DNA of 40,237 nt from Flavobacteriales bacterium (GCA_040377305.1 JBEIPA010000039.1:1-40237), one strand, 5' to 3'. Shown: positions 1 to 9,728, counted from the stretch's first letter. Numbers and translations: made by a program. The notes: generated by a model not told the origin, from the sequence alone.

Positions 1-1330
1 AATGTTCCTTCACCTGTGTAAGGAGAAGTTCCACCTGCTCCGGTTACTGTAACAGTTGCAGTTCCACCGTTACAGAGAACTGAAGTGGCTGATGAAGTGG
101 CTGAAAGTGCTGTTGGTTCAGTAACAGTAACTGATGTAGTTGCAGGACAACCATTGGCATCGGTAACCGTGTAAGAATACGTTCCTGCAGTAACAGTAAA
201 TGTTCCTTCACCTGTGTAAGGAGAAGTTCCACCTGCTCCGGTTACTGTAACAGTTGCAGTTCCACCGTTACAGAGAACTGAAGTGGCAGATGAAGTGGCT
301 GAAAGTGCTGTTGGTTCAGTAACAGTAACTGATGTAGTTGCTGTGCAACCATTCGCATCTGTAATCGTGTAAGTATATGTTCCTGCTCCAACAGTGAATG
401 TTCCTTCACCTGTGTAAGGAGAAGTTCCACCTGCTCCGGTTACCGTAACTGTTGCTGTTCCACCATTACAAAGAACTGAAGTTGCTGATGACGCTGCTGA
501 AAGAACAGTTGGTTCTGTAACCGTGATTGATGTAGTAGCAGTGCAACCATTCGCATCTGTAACAGTGTACGAATAAGTTCCTGCAGCTACGGTGAATGCT
601 CCGGTTCCTGTATAAGGAGAAGTTCCTCCCGTTCCTGAAACAACAACCATCGCAGTTCCACCGTTGCAGAGCACTGGTGTAAATAGTGATGTGCTCGCGC
701 CCAGAACAAGCGGTTCAGAGATATTTATACTTGTAACTGCAGAACATCCGTTAGCATCAGTTACGGTATAGAAGAACGTTCCGGCAGTTTCTGTAAACGT
801 TCCCGTTCCCGTATAAGGAGAAGTTCCGCCTGTGCAGGCCACGGTCACCGTTGTTGTACCTCCATTACACAAAACGGAAAGTCCTGTTGCAGTTGGCACA
901 AGTGGTGTAGGTTCTGTAATCGTGATCGACGTTGTTGCTGTGCAACCATTCGCATCTGTCACTGTATACGAATAGGTTCCCGCAGTAACAGTGAAAGTTC
1001 CGCCTCCGGTGTAAGGAGATGTTCCACCATTGCCGGTAACAGTTACCGTAGTTGATCCTCCATTGCACAGAATATTTCCTGAAACCGAAGTCGCTGCCAT
1101 TGCGGTTAGTGGTTCGGTGATATTAACAGTTGAGGATGTTGTGCATCCGCCTCCATCAGTAACAGTAACCGTATACGTTCCAGCTGAAAGTCCGGAAACA
1201 GTTGCAGTCGTTCCGCCTGCAGGTGACCATGCAAACGTGAATATTCCTGCTCCGCCTGAAGTTGCAACGGTTGCCTGTCCGTTATTGCCACCGAAACAAC
1301 TTACATGGTTGTTTACAATTGCTGTTGAAG
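1..1330 (-). repeat. Intragenic tandem SprB-like repeats, ~198-bp (66-aa) period; the copies nearest the window start are almost identical
   Basis: gttccttcacctgtgtaaggagaagttccacctgctccggttac recurs at 4, 202 and 400; more diverged copies continue to ~1330. Confidence 0.85.
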
Positions 1331-4300
1331 TAAGATCGCTGAGAACAGTCACGATAGCTGTTGCAGTAGATATATTTCCATTCACATCTATCACAGTCAG
1401 CGTCACCGTATTCGGACCCAGGTTTGTGCAGTTAAATGTATTTGGTGTGACACTCATGGATGCAATTCCACACGCGTCTGAAGATCCGTTGTTGATAGCT
1501 GATGCGGTTATTGTTGCAATTCCACCGGAAAGGGTAACTGTTAGATTCTGAGCAGTGGCAACCGGACGGATGGTATCAACAACAGTAATAGTTGTGGTAC
1601 ACATCGAACTATTACCGGTCATGTCAAATACGGTGAATGTAGAAGTATTAGCCCCGACCTGAGAGCACACGAATCCTGATGGAATGAGCATATAACCCAC
1701 CGTTCCGCAATTGTCTGTCGAGCCATTATTCACTGCCAGAGGATTAACTGACACCACACCTGAAACATCGAGGTAAGCTGTAACGTTTTGGCAGTTTGCA
1801 ACCGGACGGACTGTATCAATTACAGTCACAATTGAACTACAAGTTGAAGTACGTCCGTTCACATCGGATACGGTGAGCGTTACATTATTCGCTCCCACAT
1901 TCGCACAGGTAAATGTTGATGGTGAAACCGAAAGTGAAGCAATGCCGCATGCATCGGTAGAACCGTTATTCACCATTGCACCGGTGATGTTCGCTGTTCC
2001 TGCAGCATTCAGATGCACAGAAATGTTCTGACAGTTTGCAACCGGGCGGACTGTATCAATTACAGTCACAATTGAACTACAAGTTGATGTACGTCCATTC
2101 ACATCCGTGACAGTAAGCGTTACATTATTCGCTCCCACATTCGCACAGTTAAACGATGATGGTGACACCGAAAGTGAAGCAATGCCGCATGCATCGGTAG
2201 AACCGTTATTCACCATTGCACCGGTGATGTTCGCTGTTCCTGCAGCATTCAGGTGCACGGAAATGTTCTGACAGTTTGCAACCGGGCGGACTGTATCAAT
2301 TATAGTCACAATTGAACTACAAGTTGATGTACGTCCGTTCACATCCGTTACCGTGAGCGTAACAGTATTCGCTCCGACATTCGCACAAGTGAACGTTGAA
2401 GGTGCCACCGATAGCGAAGCTATACCACATGCATCCGTTGATCCATTGTTCACCATTGCGCCTGTAATGGTTGCTGTTCCTGCAGCATTGAGATGCACAG
2501 AAATATTCTGGCAATTTGCAACCGGACGAACGGTATCGATTACAGTCACAACCGCAGTGCCCGTTCTGTTGTTTCCATTTACATCGACTACAGTCAATGT
2601 CACGTTATTGGCGCCCACGTTTGCACAGGTGAATGTGTTTGGAGTAACGGTCATGGAAGCGATTCCACAATTGTCTGTTGATCCGCTGTTAATCATTGCA
2701 GGAATGATAGTAGCTGAACCTGCAGGATTCAAATGAAGCGTGATGTTCTGGGTATTTACAACAGGACGTGCAGAATCTAAAACGGTCACAACACCTGTAC
2801 AGGTAGAACTGTTTCCGTTCATGTCATTCACCGTCAATGTAACATTGTTCGCGCCGATGTTTGCGCAGCTGAAACTTGTTTGCGACAAAGTCATCATGAT
2901 TGGTCCGCAGTTGTCACTGGAGCCGCTATTGACCATTGCGGGAGAAATATTCGCGATGCCGGAAACATTACCAAGGTAAACTGTCACGTTGTGGCAAGTC
3001 GCAATCGGATCGGTGGTGTCGGCAACTGTCACTATGAATGAACATGTTGTACTATTACCTGCGCCATCCGTAACTGAAAACACGTTTGTTGTTGTTCCCA
3101 CAGGAAAAAACGAACCGCTAGGCAAGCCGCTGGTTTGTGTAACCGGAAGTGAAGCACTGCAATTATCACTCGCGAGAAGTGGTGCGTAAACTACTGTCGC
3201 TCCGCATACCCCGGTATTATTAGTTACGTTAACATTCGCAGGACATCCTACCGTTGGTGCTATCACCTGAAGGTTATTCAAGTATAGGTACTTCGCAACT
3301 CCAACTCCGGCATTGGAATTAAAAATCATGAAACGGGAAATAACCTGATTGCCTCCACCAGGGAACGACACCGATGTAATTGTTTGGGTTGCTCCGTTTA
3401 CTTTGCGTGTAAGTTTAATACTGACCTGGCCTGTAACAATCGGTGTAACTTCGATGATGATTCCTTCATCTGTATATGGAATAGAAGCAAATGGGGTTAT
3501 TCCATTATTGTCTACAATTTCATAACCAGCCTGACCACCGCGAAAACGGACTTCGCCCAAACTCAATCCGGATGAATTCTGCAATTGAAACCCTACAATT
3601 TGTCCGGGATCAACTGTACCATTGTCGAATTCAAGTCTAAGCGTATTACCAATGACAAGTGGTACAGACAACGGTCGTGTTGCTTGTGTAGCCTGAGCAG
3701 CATTTGCATACAGACCCAATGCTCTTCCGCTTGTGTTGATGTCATCATCACTATTGCTGTCGATTCCTGCACCGTTCGTAGTTGAAGATCCGGTTACAAA
3801 ACCAGCTTGCGCAGAATTTCCGGTTGAAGCTACGAGGGTCCATGCACCGAATCCGGATCCATCATTGTCTCCTGATTGCCATCCGTCGTTGTATGCTGTT
3901 GCCGCAGCATTACTGCTGGCACTGGTGGCTAAAGTGTAAAGCACAGGCGCCTGTGTATCGGTAACTGTAACCGAGAATGAACACGTCGCTGTATTGCCGC
4001 TTCCATCTGTTGCGCGAAAAGTATTTACCGTTACGCCAACCGGAAATACTGAACCGCTGGGAAGGCCCGCAATTTGTGTAGTCACAACACTCGGACAATT
4101 ATCAGTTCCGACGGGTGCAACATAAGTTACCATTGCACTACACAATCCGAGACTTGCATTAACGCTGATGTTTCCAGGGCAGGCAATTAATGGATTCACA
4201 ATATCATGGTTGCCTGTCCCCTGAATTCCAAAATCGTAAACGCCTTCATCTGCGTCGTCATTGTTTACAGTAATTACAGCACTTCTCATCCCGGTAGAAG

Positions 4301-4637
4301 AAGGATCAAAGGTGATTTGAAATACTGATTGTGTGGATGCGGCAATAACTGAGGCCGGATTTGTCGTCACCGAAAAGTCGGCTGCGGCGGGACCGGTAAT
4401 TACGATAGACGAAATATTCAGATCTCCTGTGCCATTATTCTGAATGACGAAGGTTCTGACAATCGTGCCGCTACACGCGAGTACCGAACCGAAGTCCGAG
4501 TGATCCGCTGTGGTTGGTAGAAGATCTCCGTCAACTATTAGCAAACTATTTCCTCGGATGTCAATTTCGGGAGTCTGTGAAATTGCGCTTGTGAAGCTGA
4601 ATAATATAATGAACGTGGCAAGTATTGAATTTCTCAT
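1..4637 (-). CDS. Large secreted/surface protein (partial, >1545 aa): signal peptide, choice-of-anchor-D/ASH-like Ig domain, HYR domains, HYR-like repeats and SprB-like repeats; probable adhesin/T9SS cargo
   Basis: Manual translation from ATG at 4637 (MRNSILATFIILFSFTSAISQTPEIDIRGN...) stays open to the window edge. It contains GLPSGSVFPVGVTVNTFRATDGSGNTATCSFSVTV (HYR), repeated DTVRPVANCQNISVHLNAAG...STDACGIASL units and SVLCNGGTATVTVTGAGGTSPYTG...AGTYSYTVTDANGC (SprB-like) units. It is missing from the ORF track because the stop lies outside the window. Confidence 0.9.
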   Translation of the reverse strand, partial: MRNSILATFIILFSFTSAISQTPEIDIRGNSLLIVDGDLLPTTADHSDFGSVLACSGTIVRTFVIQNNGTGDLNISSIVITGPAAADFSVTTNPASVIAASTQSVFQITFDPSSTGMRSAVITVNNDDADEGVYDFGIQGTGNHDIVNPLIACPGNISVNASLGLCSAMVTYVAPVGTDNCPSVVTTQIAGLPSGSVFPVGVTVNTFRATDGSGNTATCSFSVTVTDTQAPVLYTLATSASSNAAATAYNDGWQSGDNDGSGFGAWTLVASTGNSAQAGFVTGSSTTNGAGIDSNSDDDINTSGRALGLYANAAQATQATRPLSVPLVIGNTLRLEFDNGTVDPGQIVGFQLQNSSGLSLGEVRFRGGQAGYEIVDNNGITPFASIPYTDEGIIIEVTPIVTGQVSIKLTRKVNGATQTITSVSFPGGGNQVISRFMIFNSNAGVGVAKYLYLNNLQVIAPTVGCPANVNVTNNTGVCGATVVYAPLLASDNCSASLPVTQTSGLPSGSFFPVGTTTNVFSVTDGAGNSTTCSFIVTVADTTDPIATCHNVTVYLGNVSGIANISPAMVNSGSSDNCGPIMMTLSQTSFSCANIGANNVTLTVNDMNGNSSTCTGVVTVLDSARPVVNTQNITLHLNPAGSATIIPAMINSGSTDNCGIASMTVTPNTFTCANVGANNVTLTVVDVNGNNRTGTAVVTVIDTVRPVANCQNISVHLNAAGTATITGAMVNNGSTDACGIASLSVAPSTFTCANVGANTVTLTVTDVNGRTSTCSSIVTIIDTVRPVANCQNISVHLNAAGTANITGAMVNNGSTDACGIASLSVSPSSFNCANVGANNVTLTVTDVNGRTSTCSSIVTVIDTVRPVANCQNISVHLNAAGTANITGAMVNNGSTDACGIASLSVSPSTFTCANVGANNVTLTVSDVNGRTSTCSSIVTVIDTVRPVANCQNVTAYLDVSGVVSVNPLAVNNGSTDNCGTVGYMLIPSGFVCSQVGANTSTFTVFDMTGNSSMCTTTITVVDTIRPVATAQNLTVTLSGGIATITASAINNGSSDACGIASMSVTPNTFNCTNLGPNTVTLTVIDVNGNISTATAIVTVLSDLTSTAIVNNHVSCFGGNNGQATVATSGGAGIFTFAWSPAGGTTATVSGLSAGTYTVTVTDGGGCTTSSTVNITEPLTAMAATSVSGNILCNGGSTTVTVTGNGGTSPYTGGGTFTVTAGTYSYTVTDANGCTATTSITITEPTPLVPTATGLSVLCNGGTTTVTVACTGGTSPYTGTGTFTETAGTFFYTVTDANGCSAVTSINISEPLVLGASTSLFTPVLCNGGTAMVVVSGTGGTSPYTGTGAFTVAAGTYSYTVTDANGCTATTSITVTEPTVLSAASSATSVLCNGGTATVTVTGAGGTSPYTGEGTFTVGAGTYTYTITDANGCTATTSVTVTEPTALSATSSATSVLCNGGTATVTVTGAGGTSPYTGEGTFTVTAGTYSYTVTDANGCPATTSVTVTEPTALSATSSATSVLCNGGTATVTVTGAGGTSPYTGEGT
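1340..3010 (-). repeat. Intragenic tandem HYR-like repeats, 240-bp (80-aa) period
   Basis: accgg(a/g)cg(g/a) at 1561, 1801, 2041, 2281 and 2521 gives an exact 240-bp spacing; the 1801-2520 copies are near-identical. Confidence 0.85.
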
Positions 4638-4664
4638 TAGCTGATTTTGAATTGGATTTTGCAC

Positions 4665-4729
4665 CAAAACTATCTAATGCGACGCGTGATAATAATGACT
4701 ACGCTCAAGACCATAAGTGATGGATATCA
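4665..4729 (-). promoter_or_regulatory. Promoter of the surface-protein gene (-7 element TAGTTTTG) with two TGA-N6-TCA Crp/Fnr-type boxes
   Basis: CAAAACTA 4665-4672 (TAGTTTTG on minus); TGActacgcTCA 4696-4707 (23-bp gap); TGAtggataTCA 4718-4729. Confidence 0.6.
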
Positions 4730-4810
4730 TGTGCGCAGAATTCATCTAAATTCCCATAGATTTTCGGAAAAGGGGAAGATAGTATTGAGTGAAAACTACA
4801 GGAACAGCCT

Positions 4811-4879
4811 ATTGAGCACTGAAACTGCGTACTGCGCACTATCAACCGCGTACTGCGCACTGTAAACTGCGCACTGCTA
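4811..4879. repeat. Degenerate heptamer tandem repeat (ACTGCGC-like, ~10 units) directly after the ubiB stop
   Basis: ATTGAGC ACTGAA ACTGCGT ACTGCGC ACTATCA ACCGCGT ACTGCGC ACTGTAA ACTGCGC ACTGCTA. Confidence 0.85.
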
Positions 4880-6598
4880 CTCCTCCCACCCCATCCACTC
4901 ATCATGATCACCTGTGCGCAAATCGCCCAACATTCCGATCAGCACGATCGCACCGGTAATTAATCCCACAATTCCGAATGCAGAGGTGTTTCCCCAAAGC
5001 GGGTGAACGTTGTTGACGAGGAGTAATGAAGAACCAATGATTAAACCGGAAAGTATTACTGCAGATATCACCTGCTTGGTCACTCTATTGATCGTATGTA
5101 CTAAAGGATCAATTCCTTTGTGACGTAGATCAACCTTGACTTCACCGGCATTCAGCTTCCTGATCGCATTCTTCAGATCACGCGGAAAATCTTCCATGTA
5201 CATTCCCATTTCGTAAACAGAATTCAACACACGTTCTACGAACTGAAGTGGATTATAGTGACGAGCAACTGTTCTCAAAAGGAATGGCTTCACCAGTTTG
5301 CTCAAATCTAATTCCGGATCAAGGTTGCGGATAACTCCTTCAACAGTAACCATAGAGCGCCCCAGCAAAAAGAAATGTGTAGGAACCCGCAAACCGTGTT
5401 TGATCACGATGTCCTTAAGCTGAAGCAGCACCGTGCTCATTTCGTTGGAATGCACAGTGCGAAATGCATAATTGTGAACGAACTCTTCCAGGTCCGATTC
5501 TAAAGCGCGAAAATTGCGAATCGGAGGACTATCAGACAACTGCTGCAACGCACGAATAAGACGACGAACATCTTTTTTATTCACTGCAATAAAGAGTGAT
5601 CCGAACTGTTCTATATCCTTTTTCACGATACTGCCCATCATCCCGTAATCGAGATAACAAATCCGATTATCAGGCAACACCAGAAGATTTCCCGGGTGCG
5701 GATCGGCATGAAAAAATCCGTGATTAAATATCTGTCGCAAATAGGACATCGCCAGACGATACGCAATTACTTTTCTGTCGTAACCCGCACTTTCCAGTTT
5801 TGCATAATCGGTTACCTTGATTCCTTCAACATAATCCATCGTTAATAGCCGTGAAGTGGTAAACGCAGAATGTATTTGCGGAGAGTGAATCCAGCCTTCA
5901 TCCTTCTTATCACTCTGAAAGTTGTGAGCGAAACGCTGTACGTTTACCGACTCGTGAATAAAGTCCAATTCGCGTGTAATACTTTCCTCGAAATTTCGCA
6001 CCAACCCAACCGGATCAAAACTTTTAAGCGAAGGAATTCTTCTGCGGAATACCTCGGCCATGTACAACATGACTTTAATATCCTGCTCAATCACTTCCTT
6101 AATACCAGGACGCTGAATTTTGAGAACCACTTTCGTTCCGTCCTTCAATGTCGCCTTATGTACTTGTGCCATAGAAGCAGAAGCAAAGGCTTCCGCAGCA
6201 AATTCTGTAAACAATTCTTCCGTCTTACCTTTTAGTTCTTCCTCTACAACCTGCTTAGCCAGCTGCGATGAAATCGGAGGAACACTATCCTGAAGTTTCT
6301 CCAACTCTTTAACCAGATCTGCGGGAAGAAGATCTGCGCGGCTGCTTAAAATCTGTCCGAACTTTACAAACGTAGGACCAAGCTCTTCACACACTAAACG
6401 CATCTTCTCCCATTTGCTCAGGGTAATCGCCTGCGTAAATAACCGATTTGGCAGAAACTTTCTCAGAAAACGAAAACGCTTCGACTCTTCCATATACGAA
6501 ACGGCATCTTCAAATCCGTACTTGAACAGTACACGGATAATCTGATTATACCGGCGAATACGTCGGAACTTAACTTGTATGAAACTAAATAGACCCAT
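4877..6598 (-). CDS. ubiB: AarF/ABC1/UbiB family atypical protein kinase with two C-terminal TM helices
   Basis: ELGPTFVKFGQILSSRADLLP, ASASMAQVHKA, VVLKIQRPG, FFHADPHPGN, LDYGMMG motifs. Start taken at ATG 6598 (MGLFSF), overlapping the upstream gene. Confidence 0.9.
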   Translation of the reverse strand: MGLFSFIQVKFRRIRRYNQIIRVLFKYGFEDAVSYMEESKRFRFLRKFLPNRLFTQAITLSKWEKMRLVCEELGPTFVKFGQILSSRADLLPADLVKELEKLQDSVPPISSQLAKQVVEEELKGKTEELFTEFAAEAFASASMAQVHKATLKDGTKVVLKIQRPGIKEVIEQDIKVMLYMAEVFRRRIPSLKSFDPVGLVRNFEESITRELDFIHESVNVQRFAHNFQSDKKDEGWIHSPQIHSAFTTSRLLTMDYVEGIKVTDYAKLESAGYDRKVIAYRLAMSYLRQIFNHGFFHADPHPGNLLVLPDNRICYLDYGMMGSIVKKDIEQFGSLFIAVNKKDVRRLIRALQQLSDSPPIRNFRALESDLEEFVHNYAFRTVHSNEMSTVLLQLKDIVIKHGLRVPTHFFLLGRSMVTVEGVIRNLDPELDLSKLVKPFLLRTVARHYNPLQFVERVLNSVYEMGMYMEDFPRDLKNAIRKLNAGEVKVDLRHKGIDPLVHTINRVTKQVISAVILSGLIIGSSLLLVNNVHPLWGNTSAFGIVGLITGAIVLIGMLGDLRTGDHDEWMGWEE

Positions 6599-6962
6599 TA
6601 TTTTTCTCCTGTTCAAGCTTAGAGAGGCGTTCCTCCAGTGTAGCAAGGTCTCTTGTTAGTTCCGAAAGTTCTTCCGACATATTGTTTACATCAGTCGTGT
6701 TCGCAATGTGTAGTTTGTCATACAAATCGCCAACGGCTTCCTTCATCCTTTGCTCAAGAGCAGCTGTGATTTCCGAGAGCCTGTGAAATGTTTCATAGAC
6801 CGCTTCCTGTTTATCTGCATCCATGCTTTCTACAACCTTGCGGGCTTTCTGCTTGAGTGTGGCGATAAGTTTTACTACATCCGCTCGAACTCTTTCATCC
6901 CGCGAAAGGAGATAGAGCTGAAGAGAAAGTGATACAAGGCTGGATAACCGTTTAGTGTTCAT
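6585..6962 (-). CDS. Phasin-like/coiled-coil protein, cotranscribed upstream of ubiB
   Basis: 125 aa, helical; C-terminal LYDKLHIANTTDVNNMSEELSELTRDLATLEERL resembles phasin-like/UbiK-like coiled coils; overlaps the ubiB start. Confidence 0.6.
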   Translation of the reverse strand: MNTKRLSSLVSLSLQLYLLSRDERVRADVVKLIATLKQKARKVVESMDADKQEAVYETFHRLSEITAALEQRMKEAVGDLYDKLHIANTTDVNNMSEELSELTRDLATLEERLSKLEQEKNNGSI

Positions 6963-6983
6963 GAATCTGATTATTGATTACAG

Positions 6984-7089
6984 CAAAATTGGGCCATTGC
7001 TGATAATCCCGGAATGATGAGAGTCACGATAAAACGAAGTCAAACCTGACATTCCTCATGATCGATTGCTGTCGCCACCGATAGATTTG
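6984..7089. promoter_or_regulatory. Divergent promoters, each with a TGA-N6-TCA box 23 bp from its -7 element
   Basis: Minus: CAATTTTG (6991-6984) with TGAtgagagTCA 7015-7026. Plus: TGAcattccTCA 7047-7058 with TAGATTTG 7082-7089. Confidence 0.7.
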
Positions 7090-7104
7090 TAAAAAAAACA
7101 AACT

Positions 7105-7515
7105 ATGAACTTAGATATGCCAATTGCGGAAATGATGACAAAGAATGTCGTTTCCGTTAAACCCAACCAGAAACTTACCGACGTCAAAGAATTATTCAGC
7201 GACGGTAAATTCCATTACAACATTCCTGTGATCGAAAATGATCAACTCAAAGGAATGGTAGTCCTTACCGATTTTCTGTTTGCGATCAAAAACGAACCCG
7301 AACTCCGCGAAGAAAACGACTACAGCGATTTATACATTAAGGATATCATGCGTGAAAGAATTTACTCGGTGTCGCCTACAACAACAGTACGTGAAGTTGC
7401 GAGAGTATTTTCCGACGGTGAAGTGCATACCATCATGATTACCGACAAGGGACAACTGAAGGGAATTATATCAACTGCCGATATTATCAGGTGGCTTATC
7501 ACGGAACAGAAGTAG
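7105..7515 (+). CDS. CBS-domain pair protein
   Basis: IAEMMTKNVVSVKP...IPVIENDQLKGMV and IKDIMRERIYSVSPTTTV...GQLKGIISTADII. Confidence 0.9.
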   Translation: MNLDMPIAEMMTKNVVSVKPNQKLTDVKELFSDGKFHYNIPVIENDQLKGMVVLTDFLFAIKNEPELREENDYSDLYIKDIMRERIYSVSPTTTVREVARVFSDGEVHTIMITDKGQLKGIISTADIIRWLITEQK

Positions 7516-7609
7516 TTCCGTCAATTCGGTACAACTATTGCGGTTGAGTTCTCTGAAAGTCTCCCTGGTCAATCTCATCCCGAATGACTTAACTCTTAAA
7601 TGAACATCT

Positions 7610-8020
7610 ATGAAATCATTTACAGTGCTTATTCCATTCCTATTGATGTTCGTTTTGAGTTCGGGAGCTCAGGAAGTCTGCGATACCAATCTGATCAAAC
7701 TCGACACACTCGAATTCCGCACGAAGCTGAAAACGGAGCACGGAGTGCTTCTTGATGTACGCACTCCGCAGGAATGGAAAACCGGTTATATCAGCGGAGC
7801 AATCAATATTGACTTTCGGTCGGCAAACTTTTATGATCGGATTGATCAGCTCGACAAGAGCAAAACCTACTTCGTATACTGTGAAGTCGGAGGTCGGAGT
7901 AGCTTTGCCGCACAGTATATGCTTACGCATGGTTTTTGTAGTGTATATACACTGCACCACGGCATGAATATGTGGCGAAGGGCAGGATATCCGCTTGTAG
8001 TTCCACCTGCAAATAACTAG
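7610..8020 (+). CDS. Exported rhodanese-like domain protein
   Basis: Signal peptide; LLDVRTPQEWKTGYISGAINI and YCEVGGRS active-site loop. Confidence 0.9.
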   Translation: MKSFTVLIPFLLMFVLSSGAQEVCDTNLIKLDTLEFRTKLKTEHGVLLDVRTPQEWKTGYISGAINIDFRSANFYDRIDQLDKSKTYFVYCEVGGRSSFAAQYMLTHGFCSVYTLHHGMNMWRRAGYPLVVPPANN

Positions 8021-8035
8021 AGACACTTGACGTCA

Positions 8036-8590
8036 TCATATATTAGCGAAAACAATATTGCTCTGACTTAGCTTTCCGAAAAACACATATTCCGGCAGAA
8101 ACTTCTTACCCGACCGAAATATCTGCTCTAAACCTGTCCAGGTAAGGAACCAACCTGCAGGTTCGAGAATGACTAACGGAATGTGCATCAAAGGATGATC
8201 AGCTTTCAGATAAGAGAAATAGCTTGCCCCCAATATCATGAGCAGACCAGCTGAGAGGAATAATATACTTCGTGTTCGCAACTTCTTACGTCTAAGGTCA
8301 GAACTCTGATAATTATCAGCCAGCTCCTGATGTATACGCTCTACAATAGTGGCTTCTGTTTTTTCATCACGCAGTTTTGCTTCAATGAGTAGGCGCAAAG
8401 TCTTCACATCGCTTTCACTTTCAGATGCAACTCTTTTCACCTCATCAAGAAAATCATCAGAGATATTCCTTTCCGAATAATCTCTTGGATCAAAATCTGA
8501 GAAGATATCGTTGTAGTCATCTATCCAAATACTGATTTCATGAGAATGGTGTCCTGCCGATGCTCGTCCCTTTGTTCTGTACTTTGTCAT
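8036..8590 (-). CDS. Conserved hypothetical membrane protein (two TM helices)
   Basis: ATG 8590; ISIWIDDYNDIFSDFDPRDYSERNISDDFLDE N-terminal motif and EPAGWFLTWTGLEQIF C-terminal motif. Confidence 0.75.
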   Translation of the reverse strand: MTKYRTKGRASAGHHSHEISIWIDDYNDIFSDFDPRDYSERNISDDFLDEVKRVASESESDVKTLRLLIEAKLRDEKTEATIVERIHQELADNYQSSDLRRKKLRTRSILFLSAGLLMILGASYFSYLKADHPLMHIPLVILEPAGWFLTWTGLEQIFRSGKKFLPEYVFFGKLSQSNIVFANI

Positions 8591-8777
8591 AACCGTCCAA
8601 AATTGTTGGTGCAAAATAACAATACCTTACATTCAGCACAAGTCGTGTATAGATCTCGCCTTTCCTCTTCTCCGCAATTGCCTGACCAGAAACACTGCTC
8701 CCCATTCATGAACTTTGAAAATCCGTTTTGTTGTTGATCAATTTCCCCAACAAGGGCAATTTGCAAGGGGGAAATGC

Positions 8778-8842
8778 TAGTAATCGTCATGTTGCGATGT
8801 GAGGAATGTCATAGCAACAGAATTATATCGGGCGTACATTTA
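8778..8842 (+). promoter_or_regulatory. TGA-N6-TCA box and -7 promoter upstream of the 8883 gene
   Basis: TAGtaatcgTCA 8778-8789; TGAggaatgTCA 8800-8811; 23-bp gap; TACATTTA 8835-8842. Confidence 0.6.
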
Positions 8843-8882
8843 CATCATCAACACTTACGACACCAAACTATTACTATCCTAT

Positions 8883-9320
8883 ATGGCAACTAAGAAAAAC
8901 AAAACAGAAGAACGCGCAGGCGTGTGGATGGATCACCATATAGCACATATCGTATCACGCGATACTGCAGGGAACTATTCAATTTCTACCATTGAGCCAG
9001 ATGATGCTGCAACGCATACTCCTTCGAAAAGCAAATCAACTGCGAATGAAAATGCACGTCATAAGAAAGAACAGCACTCGTTAAAGTCTTTTTATAAGGC
9101 ATTGCAGAGTGAAATTCAACAGTTCGATCACATCCTGCTCAGCGGACCTACGACTGCTAAAACAGAATTGCATCATCTCCTAAAGAAGTCGCGGTCGTTT
9201 ACCGGAAAACGTATTGCCGAAGTGAGTGCACCTACAATGACCGACCGTCAGCTTATTGCTTTCATGAAAAAGAATCTTGACAAGCCAATGAATATTTTCC
9301 GCGAAGAGGAAGTAGTTTGA
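8883..9320 (+). CDS. Hypothetical protein, eRF1/pelota-domain-like (host-attachment/baeRF-like)
   Basis: ATG 8883 (MATKKNK); GVWMDHHIAHIV N-terminal strand, FYKALQSEI...ILLSGPTTAKTELHHLL and MTDRQLIAF, a pattern seen in bacterial eRF1-like proteins. Confidence 0.6.
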   Translation: MATKKNKTEERAGVWMDHHIAHIVSRDTAGNYSISTIEPDDAATHTPSKSKSTANENARHKKEQHSLKSFYKALQSEIQQFDHILLSGPTTAKTELHHLLKKSRSFTGKRIAEVSAPTMTDRQLIAFMKKNLDKPMNIFREEEVV

Positions 9321-9338
9321 GTTCGATAGGAATGATTC

Positions 9339-9728
9339 ATGCCAATGGCTACTGACACTCCATCTAACGATACTTCACACGACCATCAGGCTAACGAACG
9401 AACTTTCCTTTCATGGATACGAACGAGCATAGGCATTATGGCCTTTGGCTTCGTCGTAGTGAAATTTGCTCTCTTTGTAAAGCAGTTCGCATTCCTGGTG
9501 GGCAACACGGAGGACGTTCCACAGTCCGCTTATTCAGGTATAGTGGGAGTGGCTCTGATTGTATTCGGCGTTGCAATTGCGCTATTTGCTTACTTGCAGT
9601 TTCGTCGCACACAGAAACAATTGACAACAGGATCTTATCAACCGGTAAAATCACTTCCACTCATTCTGATTTCATTCATTCTGGTGATCGGCGCTATTCT
9701 GCTGGTCTATCTCATGCAATACATCTGA
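9339..9728 (+). CDS. yidH: YidH family (DUF202) membrane protein
   Basis: DHQANERTFLSWIRTSIGIMAFGF signature; three TM segments. Confidence 0.9.
   Translation: MPMATDTPSNDTSHDHQANERTFLSWIRTSIGIMAFGFVVVKFALFVKQFAFLVGNTEDVPQSAYSGIVGVALIVFGVAIALFAYLQFRRTQKQLTTGSYQPVKSLPLILISFILVIGAILLVYLMQYI

Noticed and set aside
1-3010. Regularly spaced DNA repeats as a possible CRISPR array
   Set aside because: Units are 198 and 240 bp, multiples of three, in frame, with no unique spacers and no cas genes.
44-4098. Many short ORFs on both strands (e.g. 44..232, 242..430, 1030..1551, 2353..2736)
   Set aside because: Alternate-frame or antisense shadows of the single large minus-strand CDS; their periodicity mirrors its repeats.
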